From Paramecium tetraurelia (lineage: Eukaryota): a DNA stretch of 64,000 bases. Position 1 is the stretch's first letter, and every line of letters starts with the position of its first letter. Shown here in pieces: positions 25,550 to 40,557 of this stretch. A program made the translations under genes and the position numbers. The stretch lies in assembly GCA_000165425.1 (NCBI GenBank), contig CT868657.1:1-64000 (forward strand), read 5' to 3'. Below the pieces are notes generated by a model. It made no database searches and was not told where the DNA came from. It saw only the letters and a list, made by a program, of their open reading frames with translations.

Positions 25550-26445
25550 ATGAAGAAGTACTCATCCTAAAGACTCTTATTAACTAATGAAGAACTTCTA
25601 CGCATTCAATTTCTAGCCAAAAACTCTTACAGACCCTCCTCCAAATAGAGAATCAAAGAAAAACCTCTTCTAGAAAAATATCAATTCAAACCTGAGGTAT
25701 TATCTCCATTTATTCTAGATTAATAAATAATCTGCAAATCTATAAAGATCTATAAATGATTTATTAAGGTGGAATTTAAATAAACAGATGAAAAGACAAC
25801 AGATCTACGATGATGAAGTACTCAACCCTCATTTATTTCTAGTCAAGAGAATTTCTCAACAATGCCAATAGATTAACTCATGAATTAACTAACAACTCTG
25901 TCTTTGATAGATTGTATTAGGTTCGAAAAAACAGTGAAAATGTTATATGTAATTACTCCATTCCCTATTTTTAGAACAATCTAAAAGGAACACTAGCAAT
26001 TTTGGACCTTATTATACTAAAAACATGACTAGTTCTATGTATTAAGAATATCAACGCTAATAGTAATTAGATCTATCTTCATTTAAAATCTAAAACAAAT
26101 GCTACTGATAGCAAATATGAATTATCACATCAATAAACTCCAAATCCTAAATTTGTAGATTCAGAACAATTTCCTATAGCTGTAAATGATGTAAATACTT
26201 ATACTTATAATTTAAAATAGCAAATCAAAACTTCATAAGTTGTACGTCAATACGTAGACTTAACTGAATAATTGAGCAATTCTATGAATGAGCCTGATTC
26301 CCCTGCGAAGTCGCCATTGCATTAGAAGGATATTGAAGTGATGGTTGAAAGGTATAAAATACTTGACTACCAAATAGATTAAATAATTGGTAGGCTAAGA
26401 AATAACAACAAGAACAATAAGGATAATAGGAGGATTAATATGTGA
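25550..26445 (+). CDS. Hypothetical protein
   Basis: MKKYSSQRLLLTNEELLRIQFLAK.. several tiny introns, TGA 26443. Confidence 0.65.
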
Positions 26446-26733
26446 AATCCTAAATAAAACCTAATTTAATCAATCAAAATAGATAACCCTCGTTCGGTAG
26501 TCAATAATCTCAATCGAAATCATATTCGAATATGTTCCTTAATAACAATTAAATCAATTGATATTTAAGATATATTATTATTATACTAATAATTATCTTT
26601 TGCTTGAAATTGCCATTGAATAGATAAATATGTATTCTTACTTGCAAAAATTCGAAATTTCTCTTAAATTACACTTTTATATTATGATCCTTATATTGTT
26701 GTTTAACTTGCTCATAATTAATTAGTGTAATAT

Positions 26734-29700
26734 ATGAATATTTCATTTTTCAAACATTTTTAAATAAAATGGTCATTAAAAAAGCTTTTCAGGATTTTTA
26801 CATTCAAAATTTCCTATAAATCAGAGACTCATTTAAGCGAAATAAATATTTGAGTTTTGGATTAGTACTATTCTAAACTCTTCAAATATAAGGAATATAT
26901 ATTAGTGGAAGCATTTTCGAATCAGATGAGAAGGGAAAAAAAAGAGGAATAATGGATGCGGTTATATGGATACTCTAATCTGCTAAGTACATTTTAATAT
27001 AGATAAAGAGTATTCCCCTTATTCTAATCTTCAACGAGCACAGATAAAATAATTTTTATTGACTTCAGCTTCATCATTTTATTAATCGTAATTTCTTTTA
27101 TCGGATTGCTAGCAATTTTAACAACAAGAAGTTAGAAATATATGAAAAATCATAAAATCAATGGGTTATATCAATTAGTTTTTACTGATTCTGCTACTCA
27201 AGTAAATTTCATATTTAATGATAGTTATAAACATAGTAAAATTTGTTAATGAAATTTATAAAATTTATAACCTACATAGTTTCCATCTTTTTGTAAACTT
27301 ACAAATACTTGTTTCATTGGAGCATCATTTATTGCTCACTAGACAATATTTATAAATTTATTAAGAATCCATCTGAAAATAATGGTAAAATTAATAATTG
27401 AATTAGATTGGATGCATACATTGGGAACAACAACATCAGTCATTGTACTTTTGTTTTTCTTATTGTTTGATAACTTTATGATGTTCCACTTTTTTGATTA
27501 TAAGTTCAAGAATCCAGACTTTTTGGGTTAAAAAGAATCCAATCTTGAACTCTTACTCAATTTATACATCTATTCAACAATTGCTATAGTGGTCTTCACA
27601 CAATAAGAATACCCAAATTTACAATTATTACTAGGATTGCTCTTCACAATTTATTCATTGTTTGTAAGCTCATTTCTATTTCTGAATCGTAAGTAAATGA
27701 TCAATTATTTCAAATCTTTAATACTTGGGTAATTTATATTTCTCTATATTGCTCAATTTTGTTATGTGAATGGAACATTTTCTAATGAATTCGTAAATCT
27801 AATAGTATTCATCGCATCTCCTATAATCATAAAAATACAAAATAAGATCTAAGAATTGCAAGTCAAACAATATCTTTAATTAGATGATAAACATTTTATA
27901 TTTTTTGAATCAAAACTAAGGAAAATCTTTGATTTAATTAAAATCACTTATTATAAGGAATGGAGAGCATTCAGATAACCAGTAATTAGATCTTATGTGT
28001 CTTTGTAATTACACAGTTTGGCTGCTAATCATCTAAGAAATTGTTCTGGAAATTAAATTGATATGAATTATTAGAATAATGTGGTTAAGAAATGCTTTTG
28101 CAAATAGTATTTTTAATACAATGAAGAAAAATCAGTGAATTTTTGGAAAAGAGAATTAGATGCTGAAACAGAAAATAAATACTTTGCATTCAAAAGTGAA
28201 AAACAATTTAAATAGTTTCTATTTGATTTAATTAAGGATAGTTTTGAAAGATATCTCAGTCAAAAATCAATATTAGAAACTAATGTATAGTTTTCATACA
28301 TCTATTTCTTATTTTAAATTCAAAAGAAACCAACCAAAGCATTCTACGAGGCTATGAATTTGAAATTTAAAATCAAAAAACTCTCCTAAAAGAAAATTAT
28401 GATAATTGAATAACTTATTCAAGACGCTAAGTTTAATTTCAACTTAATGATTGAGAAAAAAGATTTAAAAAATCAGAAATATAATTTCAAATAGGTTTTT
28501 GATTATGATTAGAATTTGGATACTACTAAGTTAAACTTTTAGATCATATTAACAAATTATAAGAAATGGTACAACCAATTATTGAATTAATAATTGTAAT
28601 TATAAATGATCATCAAAAAGGGAATTGAACTTCAACAATAAATATAATAATTAGAGTAATAAATATTCAGTTTATATTAATTGAATCCAGTTTCATCTGA
28701 ATTAGATACAATAGTTTATCTTTTTTATAAATACATACACTTTAACCTCAAAAGACCCAAATCAATTAGAAGAAATTCCTCATATGCAAATTAATTCATA
28801 TAGTCAATTAATCAATAAGTATTTGAAAAGGAATCTTGTATCATTTATATATCACTTATGAATTAGAGAGGATCCATACAAAATTATACCAAATCTTTTA
28901 AATCATTAATCTTAGGAAATGATTAAGACATCAAAAATTAGAATATCAAACATTTCATGCCTGATTCTATTGCCCAATACCATGACATGTATTTAGATAA
29001 TTTCATTGAATTGGGTAGGATGAATATAGTGATGGCTGAATAAAGATTTTTGATTCTTAAAAATAAGCAATAGTTTATAATCCCAGTATATGCAAAAGTC
29101 AGATTGGAGAACTATTCTAATAGCGATTTTGGATCATCTGCACTGATAACATAAATTAATCAATAGAATTATTACATTGTCATCAGTAGATATGGCATTT
29201 TGGAAGAAATGTCTTAGAATTTTTACTAAGAAATCATTCAAAAAACTCTGAACTGTTATCCATATTAATTAAAAAATTTGAATCTACTTAGACTAATGCC
29301 TTGCTTGTTGAAGGACTTGCAAAAGTTAGAATTGAATTAGTAAAATAGCAATGAAATAGATTTCGAATTTTCTTAGTAAAATAAAGATTAAATTAATTAT
29401 GACATTCTAATGGAAGGGCATATTTTAATTCCTAAACAATAGACTTTGATAGATTAGTTATAGATCTCAAATAAAAATATATTAAACGTCGATGTTGAAA
29501 ATTACTTTTTCGTTTAATAACAGAAAAATCATTTATTCTACCAAAATGTTTAACATCTATTTATTTTTTATGTTAAATACAAGATTCGATTAATGAAAAC
29601 CATTAATTCATTACATAGAATACTAGAAATTTAGACTTTGAAGATGATTAAATCTGAGCATCAATAGAAGGCTATAAGAATAGTCCAGAATATTTGCAAT

Positions 29701-32184
29701 ATTGAATAGTCTTCTATATTGAAGTTTTAATAGGCACCAAAAATACATTATTATTTGTAAGATTCAGATGGATATGATGTGTTTCAAAAGGAATAAATTG
29801 AGGCATTCAGGAAATCGTAATCTTCTGAATTGTTCGATAGAAAATCATATGATTTAGAAAACAACCTAATAATGGAAGAGGACAATATGATAAGTCAGAA
29901 ATAGAGAAATTTTGAGGAGCATTATTCAACTAGAAGAGATTTGATACAATAAACATTGTTAAATACATTGGATTCTCATGTGTATTAAAAAACTAAAGAA
30001 AATATTCAACTATTGTAGAATGAATCTGATACTTCAAAGTAATTAGTGAGAAAGAATAGTTTTAATATTTTAAGTAAGGGTTAGATTGATGACATGGAAT
30101 TATCAAATAAATAATCAAAAGATTCAATTGATTAGGATTCAGGTTCAAATTATAAAAATCGTTAAGCTACAATTCATTAGAATGATGGGAGTTCGATAGC
30201 TAGTTCCCAATAGTAGAATGATTACATTAGCAAAAGGAGAATGATAAGAGATGTCTTATTTTCAGATCATTAATTTTAAAATAATACTACAAAAACTAGC
30301 ATTCTGGTTTTCGGCTTAATTTTACTTATCATCTTATACTTAGTAAATCTAATCTTTATAGTTATAACACAAAAAGTATATATATTCTTTATATAAATTC
30401 TAGAAAGTAGAAGAGATTGAAGCCAACAAACACGTATCGATAAATATACAAAACTCTTTGAATCTATTTATCCTATCGAATCAGTTTGAACAAATTTAAA
30501 TATATCAAAATAATACATAGATTTGGTATTAACAACTTTAGAATCTTTCAATTATTAACTATCAAATATATCTAAGATAAATTTTAAACTCCCAGAACTC
30601 AATTATAGAATAATCAATGTTTAATCAATTAAGTAATTATTAATATATTAATCAAAAGAAATCATCTACTTTGAAGAAACAATTAAATATGAATTGGATT
30701 AACTTTTTATAATCAAATTAATAGGAGAATACATGATAGATTATATTAGTGACAAAGATACACACAAGGACGGAATAATATTTCTAATTCGTAATTTTTA
30801 GGTCATTGTTTAGGAGATGTTAGTCGAATTTAATAATACTACTTTTATTAATATTCAATAGTAAATTGACATGATAGATTCCTAAATAGAATTAACTATC
30901 ATTTTATCTGAAGTTACTTTAAGTTTAATAGTCATTATTCTTTTACCTGTATTTTTAATTATTAATCGATAAAAAAACACAATTTTGGAATTCTTTATGA
31001 CATTCCCTTAAAATGAACTTTAATAGTAATATGATATTTATTAGATTCTATTGGATAAGTTAGAAGAAACAAAATTTGCTTAACAGGAAACTAATCAATA
31101 TGATATTGAGAGTTCTCATATTAAATAATTTGTAAAATCTATTCGCTTAGTCAAAGATTCCAATTAAAGTAAATAATAATATGGAAAGTTAAAGAAAATG
31201 ATTGGATCTAGTATTTTAATATTTTATTCTAGATGCCACTCCTTTGATAATATTCAGTATCTTTTTAGTTTTACTCTTGTTTTCTATAGTTTCTGCTTAC
31301 TTTATAACCTCATTTATGATTAAATATCAATTTCTGAGTGATTACAAAAGAATTAACAAAGAAATCAAAATTTATGATTCTCTACAATGTGAAATATTAA
31401 AAGAAAATGCTATTTAAAATTTAATTCTCAATTAAATACTAAATCAGAATATAAGCGATGTAATTAAAAATACAGGTAATTTTAATACTATATAAATAGT
31501 GCACTAATTGTTTGAAATAGAAAAAGCAAGTCAATATCCCACAATATTGTATTATCAATAAGAACTTACCTAAAGATTTTCAGATTCAAGCAATGAAGTG
31601 TTTTATAATGTGTTATCAAATAATACATGTGATATATTCAACTCTGAATTAATTGACCACTTAGAATTGGAATAATTTTTAGATTTTTATAGTATCCAAG
31701 GATGTCAGACTATTGGTCAAGTTTAACAAGGAATTAGCATTTCTATAATTAATTTTGTAAATCAATTGAAATAATTATATTCGACATTGTAGTTTTATGA
31801 AAGTAACTATTTCAATATATTACAGGTAATAATGGTTATGAATACAAAACTCTGTATGATAGTATCATATTCCTAAAAGACTAAGAAATATAATAATCAT
31901 ATCTATATACTGCTTTTGCACTTTAAGTGATAACAAACTACCAAGATTAGTAGCTAAAGACCTTAGTCTAATAGCATTATTTAACTCAAATAATAGCCTT
32001 TGTTGTTGGTGCCAGCTTTATTAGTGTATTCACTCTTATAACAGAGAAGTGCTTCAAGAGTCTGATTTCGAATTAAATAAATTAATCCAAACTGCTACTT
32101 ACTTTAATCCCATTTGAAATCTTATAAACAAATGCTTATGTTATGACTTATGTATTGCAAGAATCGAAAAAAATATATTTATGA
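26734..32184 (+). CDS. Large multi-pass membrane protein with PAS domain (ciliate TmcB-like family)
   Basis: N-terminal hydrophobic helices; PAS signature FMPDSIAQYHDMYLDNFIELG..ILKNKQQFIIPV (~28950-29100); C-terminal TM helices and LLTLIPFEILQTN; start approximate. Confidence 0.8.
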
Positions 32185-32220
32185 TTTATATTAGTATATT
32201 TGAAATAATATTAATTATTA

Positions 32221-35200
32221 ATGTTACTCACCCTCAAATATTTGAATAAGATTAAACAGATTAATTTGGATAAAAGGGTAAATGTGCAATCTTTGCAAAT
32301 ACTTTTGGCATAATTATTTACTATCAAAAACAGAATAATAGGTTTGATTGATTAAGATGGTAACTATAATTGTTAATTATCAAGGCAACTTCTACGATTT
32401 ATCATAATTTATCTAATTATTGTAATAGACAAGATGTAATATGTACACTATTGTAAGTGAAGAAAATTATAATTAAAAAGACAACAAATTATTATAAACA
32501 TCTCTCAAATATAGTTAGATGTCAGATTACAACAATAGGCTTTCTTTTATTGATTTCATCTATGATTTGGAGGAATTCCAGTAGATTCTAGGTGGAGATC
32601 AATACACTTGTATTTACTTGATCGATGAAAAGGATTATCAAGGGTTAGATTTTCTATGTGCCCTAGAACCTTTGATAAATAACTTTAATAATTGGATCAA
32701 CTTTTTCTATTCCTTTAGTAACAGATTACAAGATTAAGCCAGGGAGAATGATTTGAATGTTAAATTACTGTGGATCTACAAAGGATCTAAGAAAATTGTT
32801 TCCTTTTAATTGAATAATGATAAAAAAATGAGATAAATGGATGAAATTATACAAAAATTAGTTTAAGCCAAATTACAAGGCACTAGCACAAGAACTTCGA
32901 ATATCAAACAGTAATCTCAAATCTCATCTCAACAATCTCCTAATAACAGAAGAAGCAAATCTATTCGTAAATTAGTTGAAGAATCTTAAACTTCTAATAA
33001 CAATTTGTATATGAATTCTAATTTTGGGCCTTCAAAATTAATCACTAGGGTTTAAGCCAAACTCATCCAAAGGGATCCCTCAAGAGGCAGTGAAAATTTT
33101 GAAGATTATCGATCTTAACAATAACATTCATCCTAATATCAATAATAAAGCAATATCTATCAAAACGAATCAATAATCAGTTAATAAGATATGCTTTTTG
33201 CTTTGGTAGGAGATTTAGAAGTAAAAGAAATATTAGATGTCACTATGGCAAGATTAGTAAAGCGTTTGTTAATAGAAGAAAACAAAGAAATTATACAAGT
33301 CTTGTAAATATATTTGTAGAATCATATCAACATACAATAATTATGTGAAAGATTGAATAAAATTATTGAGAATTGCACCTATCAAGAGAGACCAACATCT
33401 CCTTTCTAAACTCTTAAATAAACCAAACCTTAAATGAATTCTTAAGACTCTAATCGTTCTGCATAATAAGATTCACTTCAATCTCATTAGACTTAACTAT
33501 TAGAAGACATTAAAAATAAAGTTATTGAAAGAAACAATTACAATTATACTTCTGAGTAATTTGGAATTATGAATGTCTTATGGAATCAATAGGATCAAGT
33601 TTTATTACAATTATGTACAGATATTTATAACAAGATGCAAAAAGGCGAATAACCCTCTCTAAAACCATTATAGATTTATTCTGGTTCCAAATTTAATCAA
33701 TTATTGTAGTAAAATTTCAAATTATCAGAAATTACAATGATTCACGAATATAATAATAGTCATCAAGGGTCAATCTATGCAGTCCTACAATATTTTAGAT
33801 ACTAAACCAATATAGAATAGTTTATTAATGATTTAAGAAAAGCTATTAATTCAGTTTAAAGCTAAAATCAACATCTTAATTAACCTTAAAAATAGCAAAC
33901 CCAAGAATCTAAAGTAATCTTATTATTTAAATAAATTCCAAAAGCTCCATCGCCTTAGAGTGTGTTAATGCCCAATTTTTAATTATAAGAAAATACATTA
34001 ACTTAAGCTACTGCTACTACAATATAATAGTAATAATAATAGGAATAATAATAGGAACACTAGTAGGAATAATAGTAATAATTAAAAAAATAAAAAGAGA
34101 ATTAAATAATGGTTGTGCATTAGACATAACCTATTCCATAATAAATTGATAAAAAAATTGAAGAAGTATCAGTTATCTAAACATCAGTTTAAGAATAGCC
34201 AATCTTTAAAAAAAGTGATATTATGAGTAGATCTGAGTAAATTTCTCCGTAAAAGAGAATAAGTACACAAGAAGTTGCCGCTAATGTTATTTTTTTAAAT
34301 GAAGAAAATTTTATGTAAACCAAAAAAGAAAAAAGACTTGTCAATATGGGAAAGATCGATTAATTTTATTCAATTCAAGTAGAAAAAGAATTAGAACAAA
34401 TATTTAAAGATATGCTTTGGGATATGGATTTAGAGGAGCCAAAAGTAAGATAAGTAGAAATGTTATTTTCAGAACATAATCAGAATCTATATGAAATATT
34501 ATAAGGTTGGTAATCTTCTAGAAATATTAATGGTACAAGAACAAAACTTATGTATTATTTAGTTATATGATAGAAAATTATTATCTGAATAATAAGTTAA
34601 AAAAGATGATTATAGAAAAATAAAGATGTATAATTTATTTATGAATTAAGTGAGGTAATTTACATTGTAAAATCATCTATAAGATAATGCGAAAAACTTT
34701 TTATTAAAAATGTTTATGGATAATGATTTATAGGTTTTAGGAACTTTTGAAACTTATTTGTAGAATCAAGATGCTGAAGATATGTTAGAAAATTTAAAGT
34801 TGATAATCAAATAATATTCGAAATTCACAAATGTATAATATTATAATCATTATAAACAGATCAATTCACCTAATACAGATGTGGATCAATAACCTATTAT
34901 AGAGCCAATCAAGAATTAATTATCTGCAAAAGAGATTTTATTGCAAATTAGAAAATATTTTTCAGCAGAGGAAAAGAATAGATTAGAAAATACGCCAAAT
35001 GAAGAGAGAGATTTGAAAATTGTTTAATTATATTAAGACTATCTGTAAGATTAAGATTTAAATGGATTTATTTCTGCCGTCAGAAAATTAAGTCAATAAG
35101 ATTAAATAAAAAAATAATTTGAGGACTTATTATAAAAGTTACAAAAGGAAGGATAATTAAAGATAGATGATTACATGTTGTCTGTTGTTAATTAGAGAAG

Positions 35201-35539
35201 AAATGAATAAACAATAAAGGGCGTTTTTGAGTTATATCTATTTAATAAAAACATCGAAGATTTTGTAGAAAGTATAAAAAGCATTTCTAAAATATTATAA
35301 TAAGGTAAGACAGTTGAATTTTTAGTTTAGAATTGATTCTTTAGACCTTGAATTAATTTGAGAAAGAGAAGCTATTGGATGAAAGAAAGATAGCAATTTT
35401 GAAAGAGAAAGCATATGATTATCACAAGGATTATCCAAAATTACTGGGTGCATTTGCTTTATATTTTGAACAAGCTTCTATAGATTAAGAGGAAGCCAAA
35501 AAAGAAATATTAGAAACTTTAAGTCTTTTCAGTTCATGA
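32221..35539 (+). CDS. Large hypothetical Gln-rich helical protein
   Basis: MLLTLKYLNKIKQINL.. ~1050 aa with tiny introns, poly-Q ~34020-34090, ends LSLFSS*. Confidence 0.7.
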
Positions 35540-35592
35540 ATGAATATATCATGTTTATTATGAATTTGGCAATAATATTTATTAATTAAATT

Positions 35593-36333
35593 ATGTTTAC
35601 GGCAATCTCAGTTTCTGTCTAAGAATTTAGGGGAATTCGAACTGCCTCAACCACTGGTACATCAAGTTATAGAGATTTCTAAAGATTGCCAGCAACTAAA
35701 ACTAATTACAAAAGATAATATTTGAAAGGGGCTTCGAATCGCGTAAAATCATTAAAAGAGGAATCTCACTTTGTTTAATTATGCAGTGACAGAAAAAGCA
35801 ATGAAAAATTATTTAAATTTAACAGATAAGACTAACTCTTAAACTATAGAAATCTTCATTTGAATAAGTTGTAGCCAATTTTAAATCAAGAACAAAATCT
35901 CGAAAATTAATTACATTAAGACTAGTAAAATAAATCATAGATAAACTCTCCAAATAATAATGTAAGAAGTTCTGGCATCTAATTAATTACTGATTAAAAG
36001 AATTAACTGATCGAACTAATTTACAACTCATAATCAGTGATATAGAAATAGAAGAAATCGTATTCTAATTAATAAAAGACTGAATGTTTGCAAAGCGGGA
36101 AAACACCTACTTAGATAACAGTTTCATCACCTTTAAAAAATCAACCTTAGATTATAGGTCAAATAATCGTTTCAAGTAGAAATAAAGGTGATCTTTTTGT
36201 AAAAAGTACTTAACTAACATCTTATGGTTCGCTTAAAATTACTACATAAGAAGAAAAATAAAGCATTACTCCAAAACCAAAGATACCAACTTCTTTGGAT
36301 GGGACTAAGAAATTCTTAAAATAATTTATTTGA
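35593..36333 (+). CDS. Hypothetical protein
   Basis: Intronless ORF MFTAISVSVQEFRG..KFLKQFI*. Confidence 0.65.
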
Positions 36334-36386
36334 ATCAAGCAATATTCATGTTAATTCTCTTTTTTAATAAATATTAATTTATAGAA

Positions 36387-37006
36387 TCAACAACAAAAAT
36401 TGGACTTGGCTTACTAGTGTGTTGAATCCAGTTTAATATTTTATACTTTTTCTTCTAATGACATGACATCTTTAATTTATTTTGAAATGCATTAGAAGGA
36501 ATCAATTATGTTTATGCCTTCTTTTGCAGATGTCTCAAAAAATTTAATGCCATAAGAATCTGCTAAATTTTTTCCTTATTCATATTGAACTGCTCTGTCA
36601 TTTAGATCAGATTTGTTGGCCACTAATAAAATAATTACACTTTCTGATGCATTCTGTCTTATTTAATTCATCCAATTTTAAATGTTTTGAAAACTTTCAA
36701 GATTATTTACAGCATAGACCAATATAATACCCATTGCTCCTTTGTAATATGTTGAAGTGATAGTTCTGAATCTCTCTTAACCAGCTGTGTCCCAAATTTA
36801 CAATCTCATTAGTTTTCCTTCGACTTCTAAATCTCTAAATTTGAAATCTATGCCTGTTCTAAATTTAAATTCATTAATCTACCAATAGTTGAAACAAAGC
36901 TTGGGGTGTATTAATTTTCACAGAATCTTTTTAAAATGTTTGTTTTGCCAACAGCCGAATCTCCAATTATCAGTAATTTTATTATTGGTTTATCACATGT
37001 ATTCAT
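36387..37006 (-). CDS. Rab GTPase (Rab8/Sec4-like)
   Basis: [38 protein letters not shown]-terminal CC; one intron. Confidence 0.95.
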
Positions 37007-37342
37007 TATAATTTAATATAATAATTTATAATAACAGATATTAATTTTTATTCAATTTGTTCATTTTATGAATGGGATTGTTAGACTTAAAAAGTATTAT
37101 ATAAAATTTCATTTTCTGATATAAGCAATTCACAGGATGTTTATTATTAATCTAAATACTTATTAATGCAGTATGTAGTTATGAGTTATTTATATAATTA
37201 TTAATTGAATTGATATTTTATAATTTAATTCTGACTACTACGCCATTTGAATGAGTTATTTCGAAATAAAAAAGATATTTAATTTTACATCTAATTTTTT
37301 TTAAATCATCTTATGCTTCCTTTATTATATGCCCCATAGTAT

Positions 37343-38333
37343 ATGAATTATCCATAACTCAATCTTTAATAGTTCTATATGCTTCCAACTACCACGTATG
37401 CATTACAAACTCCTAAAAAAGAAACTTGTGATTAATCCTGCTAATTCCCAGAGCCTTGCTTAATAGAATCATAACTTTCATGTAACACTGAGAAATTCGA
37501 AGAAGCAGCCGAGAAAGAATTAACAATCCTCCTCAAATACTTATCCAAACATATTTCATTATTAAAAGACAGTGTATTTGATGAGTTTGTGTTTCAAAAT
37601 TTAAAAGTATTTCATCTTGTATAAACTCTAGACCTTGTCATCTTTGTCAAAAGACCTTCCTAACATGATTAAAAAACGATATATCTTGGTCAATAAAACA
37701 AAAGAGGAAATGACAAAGTTTATCATCAGAAGATGTTTTCTCTTCATCAAAAGCTAAATTGACTATGAAGAAAAAGAAGGAGTCTCTGCTGAAGAAAGAG
37801 ATAGAATGTTTTATAATTCTTTCTTTTCTGATGATAAAGAATTTATGAAATCTCTTCATAATCAATCCATTGATGATATGATCCCATTTAGAAAAGATTC
37901 TAAAGTAAAAACTATGAATGACAATTATTTAAAAAGACTATTTGAGTCAGAAAGATTCTCCAAACATTATTCTTTGTTTTTAAGTATTTATTCTTATAAT
38001 TAAATAGATCAATTCAAGGATATATGCTAAAATGAAAACGAAGAAAAGATAGACAACATGACCAAATAATTGATCAAAATCATCATGACTAGAGATTATG
38101 GAGTACTATTTAATACTAATTATTTTAGAAAATCAAAACTTATAGGAGATTTCCTTGGAAAGACCATGAATTGATCAAATGTGAAGAGAGAGCCAAGGAC
38201 TTATATTCCAAGTATTCAAGTTCTCGCATTAAAAGTATTTTATTCATTCAAGTTAGAACAAAATAAATATAGTTCAAAATGTGATTCGCATACGTCTGAT
38301 ATTTTGGAAAAGTACTCTGAATCTTAAAATTGA
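37343..38333 (+). CDS. Hypothetical ciliate-type protein
   Basis: EELTILLKYLSKH..KTKEEMTKFIIRR..TMNDNYLKRLF..RRFPWK; several tiny introns; exon structure of 5' end uncertain. Confidence 0.6.
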
Positions 38334-39622
38334 TATTGCTATCATTAATATCATATTATCTTTGTTAAAACATATCAATTTTATAAATAAATTAAGATGA
38401 GTTTACTCATTGTATTTTCTATATTTCTAAACATACCTTCATGCAATCCATATACTTCAATTCTCCAATATTTTAAGCACAAATTTCATTCAAGATTATG
38501 TCTAAAATGTTTACATAATGAAGCATTCAGTAAATAATTAATTCATTATTTATAAAATATGAATTAGTGCAATTTTTAAATTATGAAAATTAATAAATAT
38601 AATAGTTTTATTAATTCTGAATTATAAAATAAATAGATAAATTATATTAAAATAATGATTATAATTTAATTGAACCATTAAATTGCTCATATAAGCTAAT
38701 TTAACAGAGATTCGTTTAATCCATAATCTTAATTCTATTTAAATATCAAAATATCTAACCACATACTATTAATCCTCTAATTGAATTGATTAATTATAGA
38801 TTTTTCTAAGAATATTAATAAATTTTGATAAATTAGGGGTGGTAATTCATATTTCTGCAGGGATTTATGAATTCCATATATGGGAAGTCAGTTATCATTA
38901 GAGGATTTACTTGATAAATCCAAATCATTTGAGATTAAGAAACCATTAATATAATAAAAAAGTAAATGAGAGGTATTATTCATCAGAATAGTAAAACATG
39001 AGAAAGTAAGTAGAATTTTGAATTGTTTACTAAAAGATCTAATTGGCAATACTATTCATAAAACAATAAATTAAATTATCTGTTTAAAACACTGATTTAA
39101 ATGTAGATATAATGTTTTAAATTTAAAGAGTACCATTGGCAAAAACAAAAAAGGATAAATGATAAACACAATAGTATTTAGGAAACTTATTGAATAATTT
39201 AATAGAATTAAACGAATCCTCCTAATTATACATAATTAATGATTTAAAAGAAAACCATTTGTTGCTAAATAATAATTTATACATTATAATCAACTATATA
39301 GTAATAATTTAACCTTTTCAAAAATGAATAAATCTAAGATAATTATATATTATTTATGCTACTGAAAAAGAGTCTCAATTGTGTTTACGATTAATAATAG
39401 TCTCACTAATTTTAGTAATTCAATATTTAAATACAAAATTGCCTTGAATTAGGGGATGTATTCGAAGAAATTACTGAAGGTGTTTTGAACAATTGTTGTA
39501 AAATATTGATTAGGATAAAAGTGGACTAATTTTGATTGTTTGTTTATAAATCGATGAATTAACGATCGTAAAAACTTGAATATCTATTTAATTTAATTTT
39601 TGCTAAAATAAATAATAAATAA

Positions 39623-40483
39623 ATGTTTAAAAATTTACTAAGAATAGGTGTCAATCTTTCATTATTAAATACAACATATGTTTTATGTAAGTCAATTAAG
39701 GATGAAAAGCTTCCTCATTATCATTTTCTTAATGAATAGGATTTAAATAAACTATTAAAGAAACATTAGAATTTGTCAATAATTGACAGAAGTTACACTG
39801 AACACATATTATCTATAATAAGAGATGTAGAGACTGATACTGTGGTAATGTGATAAATAAAGGTTAGGAATTCCGAAAAAATTCAGATCGTTTAATTAGA
39901 ATACTTATTGAATAGGCAATTTCATAAATTGAAAAGAAAAAGCATATTAAGCAGTCTCCTTTAGGATATTATGATGCTCATGAGGTGAAATTTGAAGATG
40001 AAGAGTAAGTTTATTTCTAATATTAGAATATGTTTTGTGAGTATTTTAAGATCAGGAAATGCATTTCTATTTGAAGGATTGAAAGCAGTATCTGGAGCAT
40101 CGATAGGTTAAATACTGATATAGAGAAATGAAGACACAGCTTTACCATCATATTTATTTTAGAAATTACCCGCTAATATTAGGGATTAGCAGGTAATACT
40201 AATGGATCCAATGTTGGCTACAGGTAATAGTGCTACATTGGCTTTGAGGATCCTGAAAAATTAAGGAGTGAAATAGGAAAACATAACATTTTTAACTTTA
40301 GTTAGTTGTGAGTAGGGCATAGAGAAATTATTTAGAGAATTTCCAAAGATGAAAATAATCACAGCCCAAGTCGACCCAATATTGTTAAAAGATTTCAATT
40401 ATCTAGCACCAGGCATTGGAAATTTTGGTGATAGATACTTTGGAACGGTTAAAAAGAGCTAATAATTGGTATAGCAATAATGA
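39623..40483 (+). CDS. UPRT: Uracil phosphoribosyltransferase family protein
   Basis: VSILRSG, ILIQRNEDT, LMDPMLATGNS, YLAPGIGNFGDRYFGT; 2 introns. Confidence 0.9.
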
Positions 40484-40557
40484 TAAAACACCATTGCATT
40501 ATATCTTATTAATTAATTATATTAATTAAAAAAAACAAAATATATCAAATATATTAT

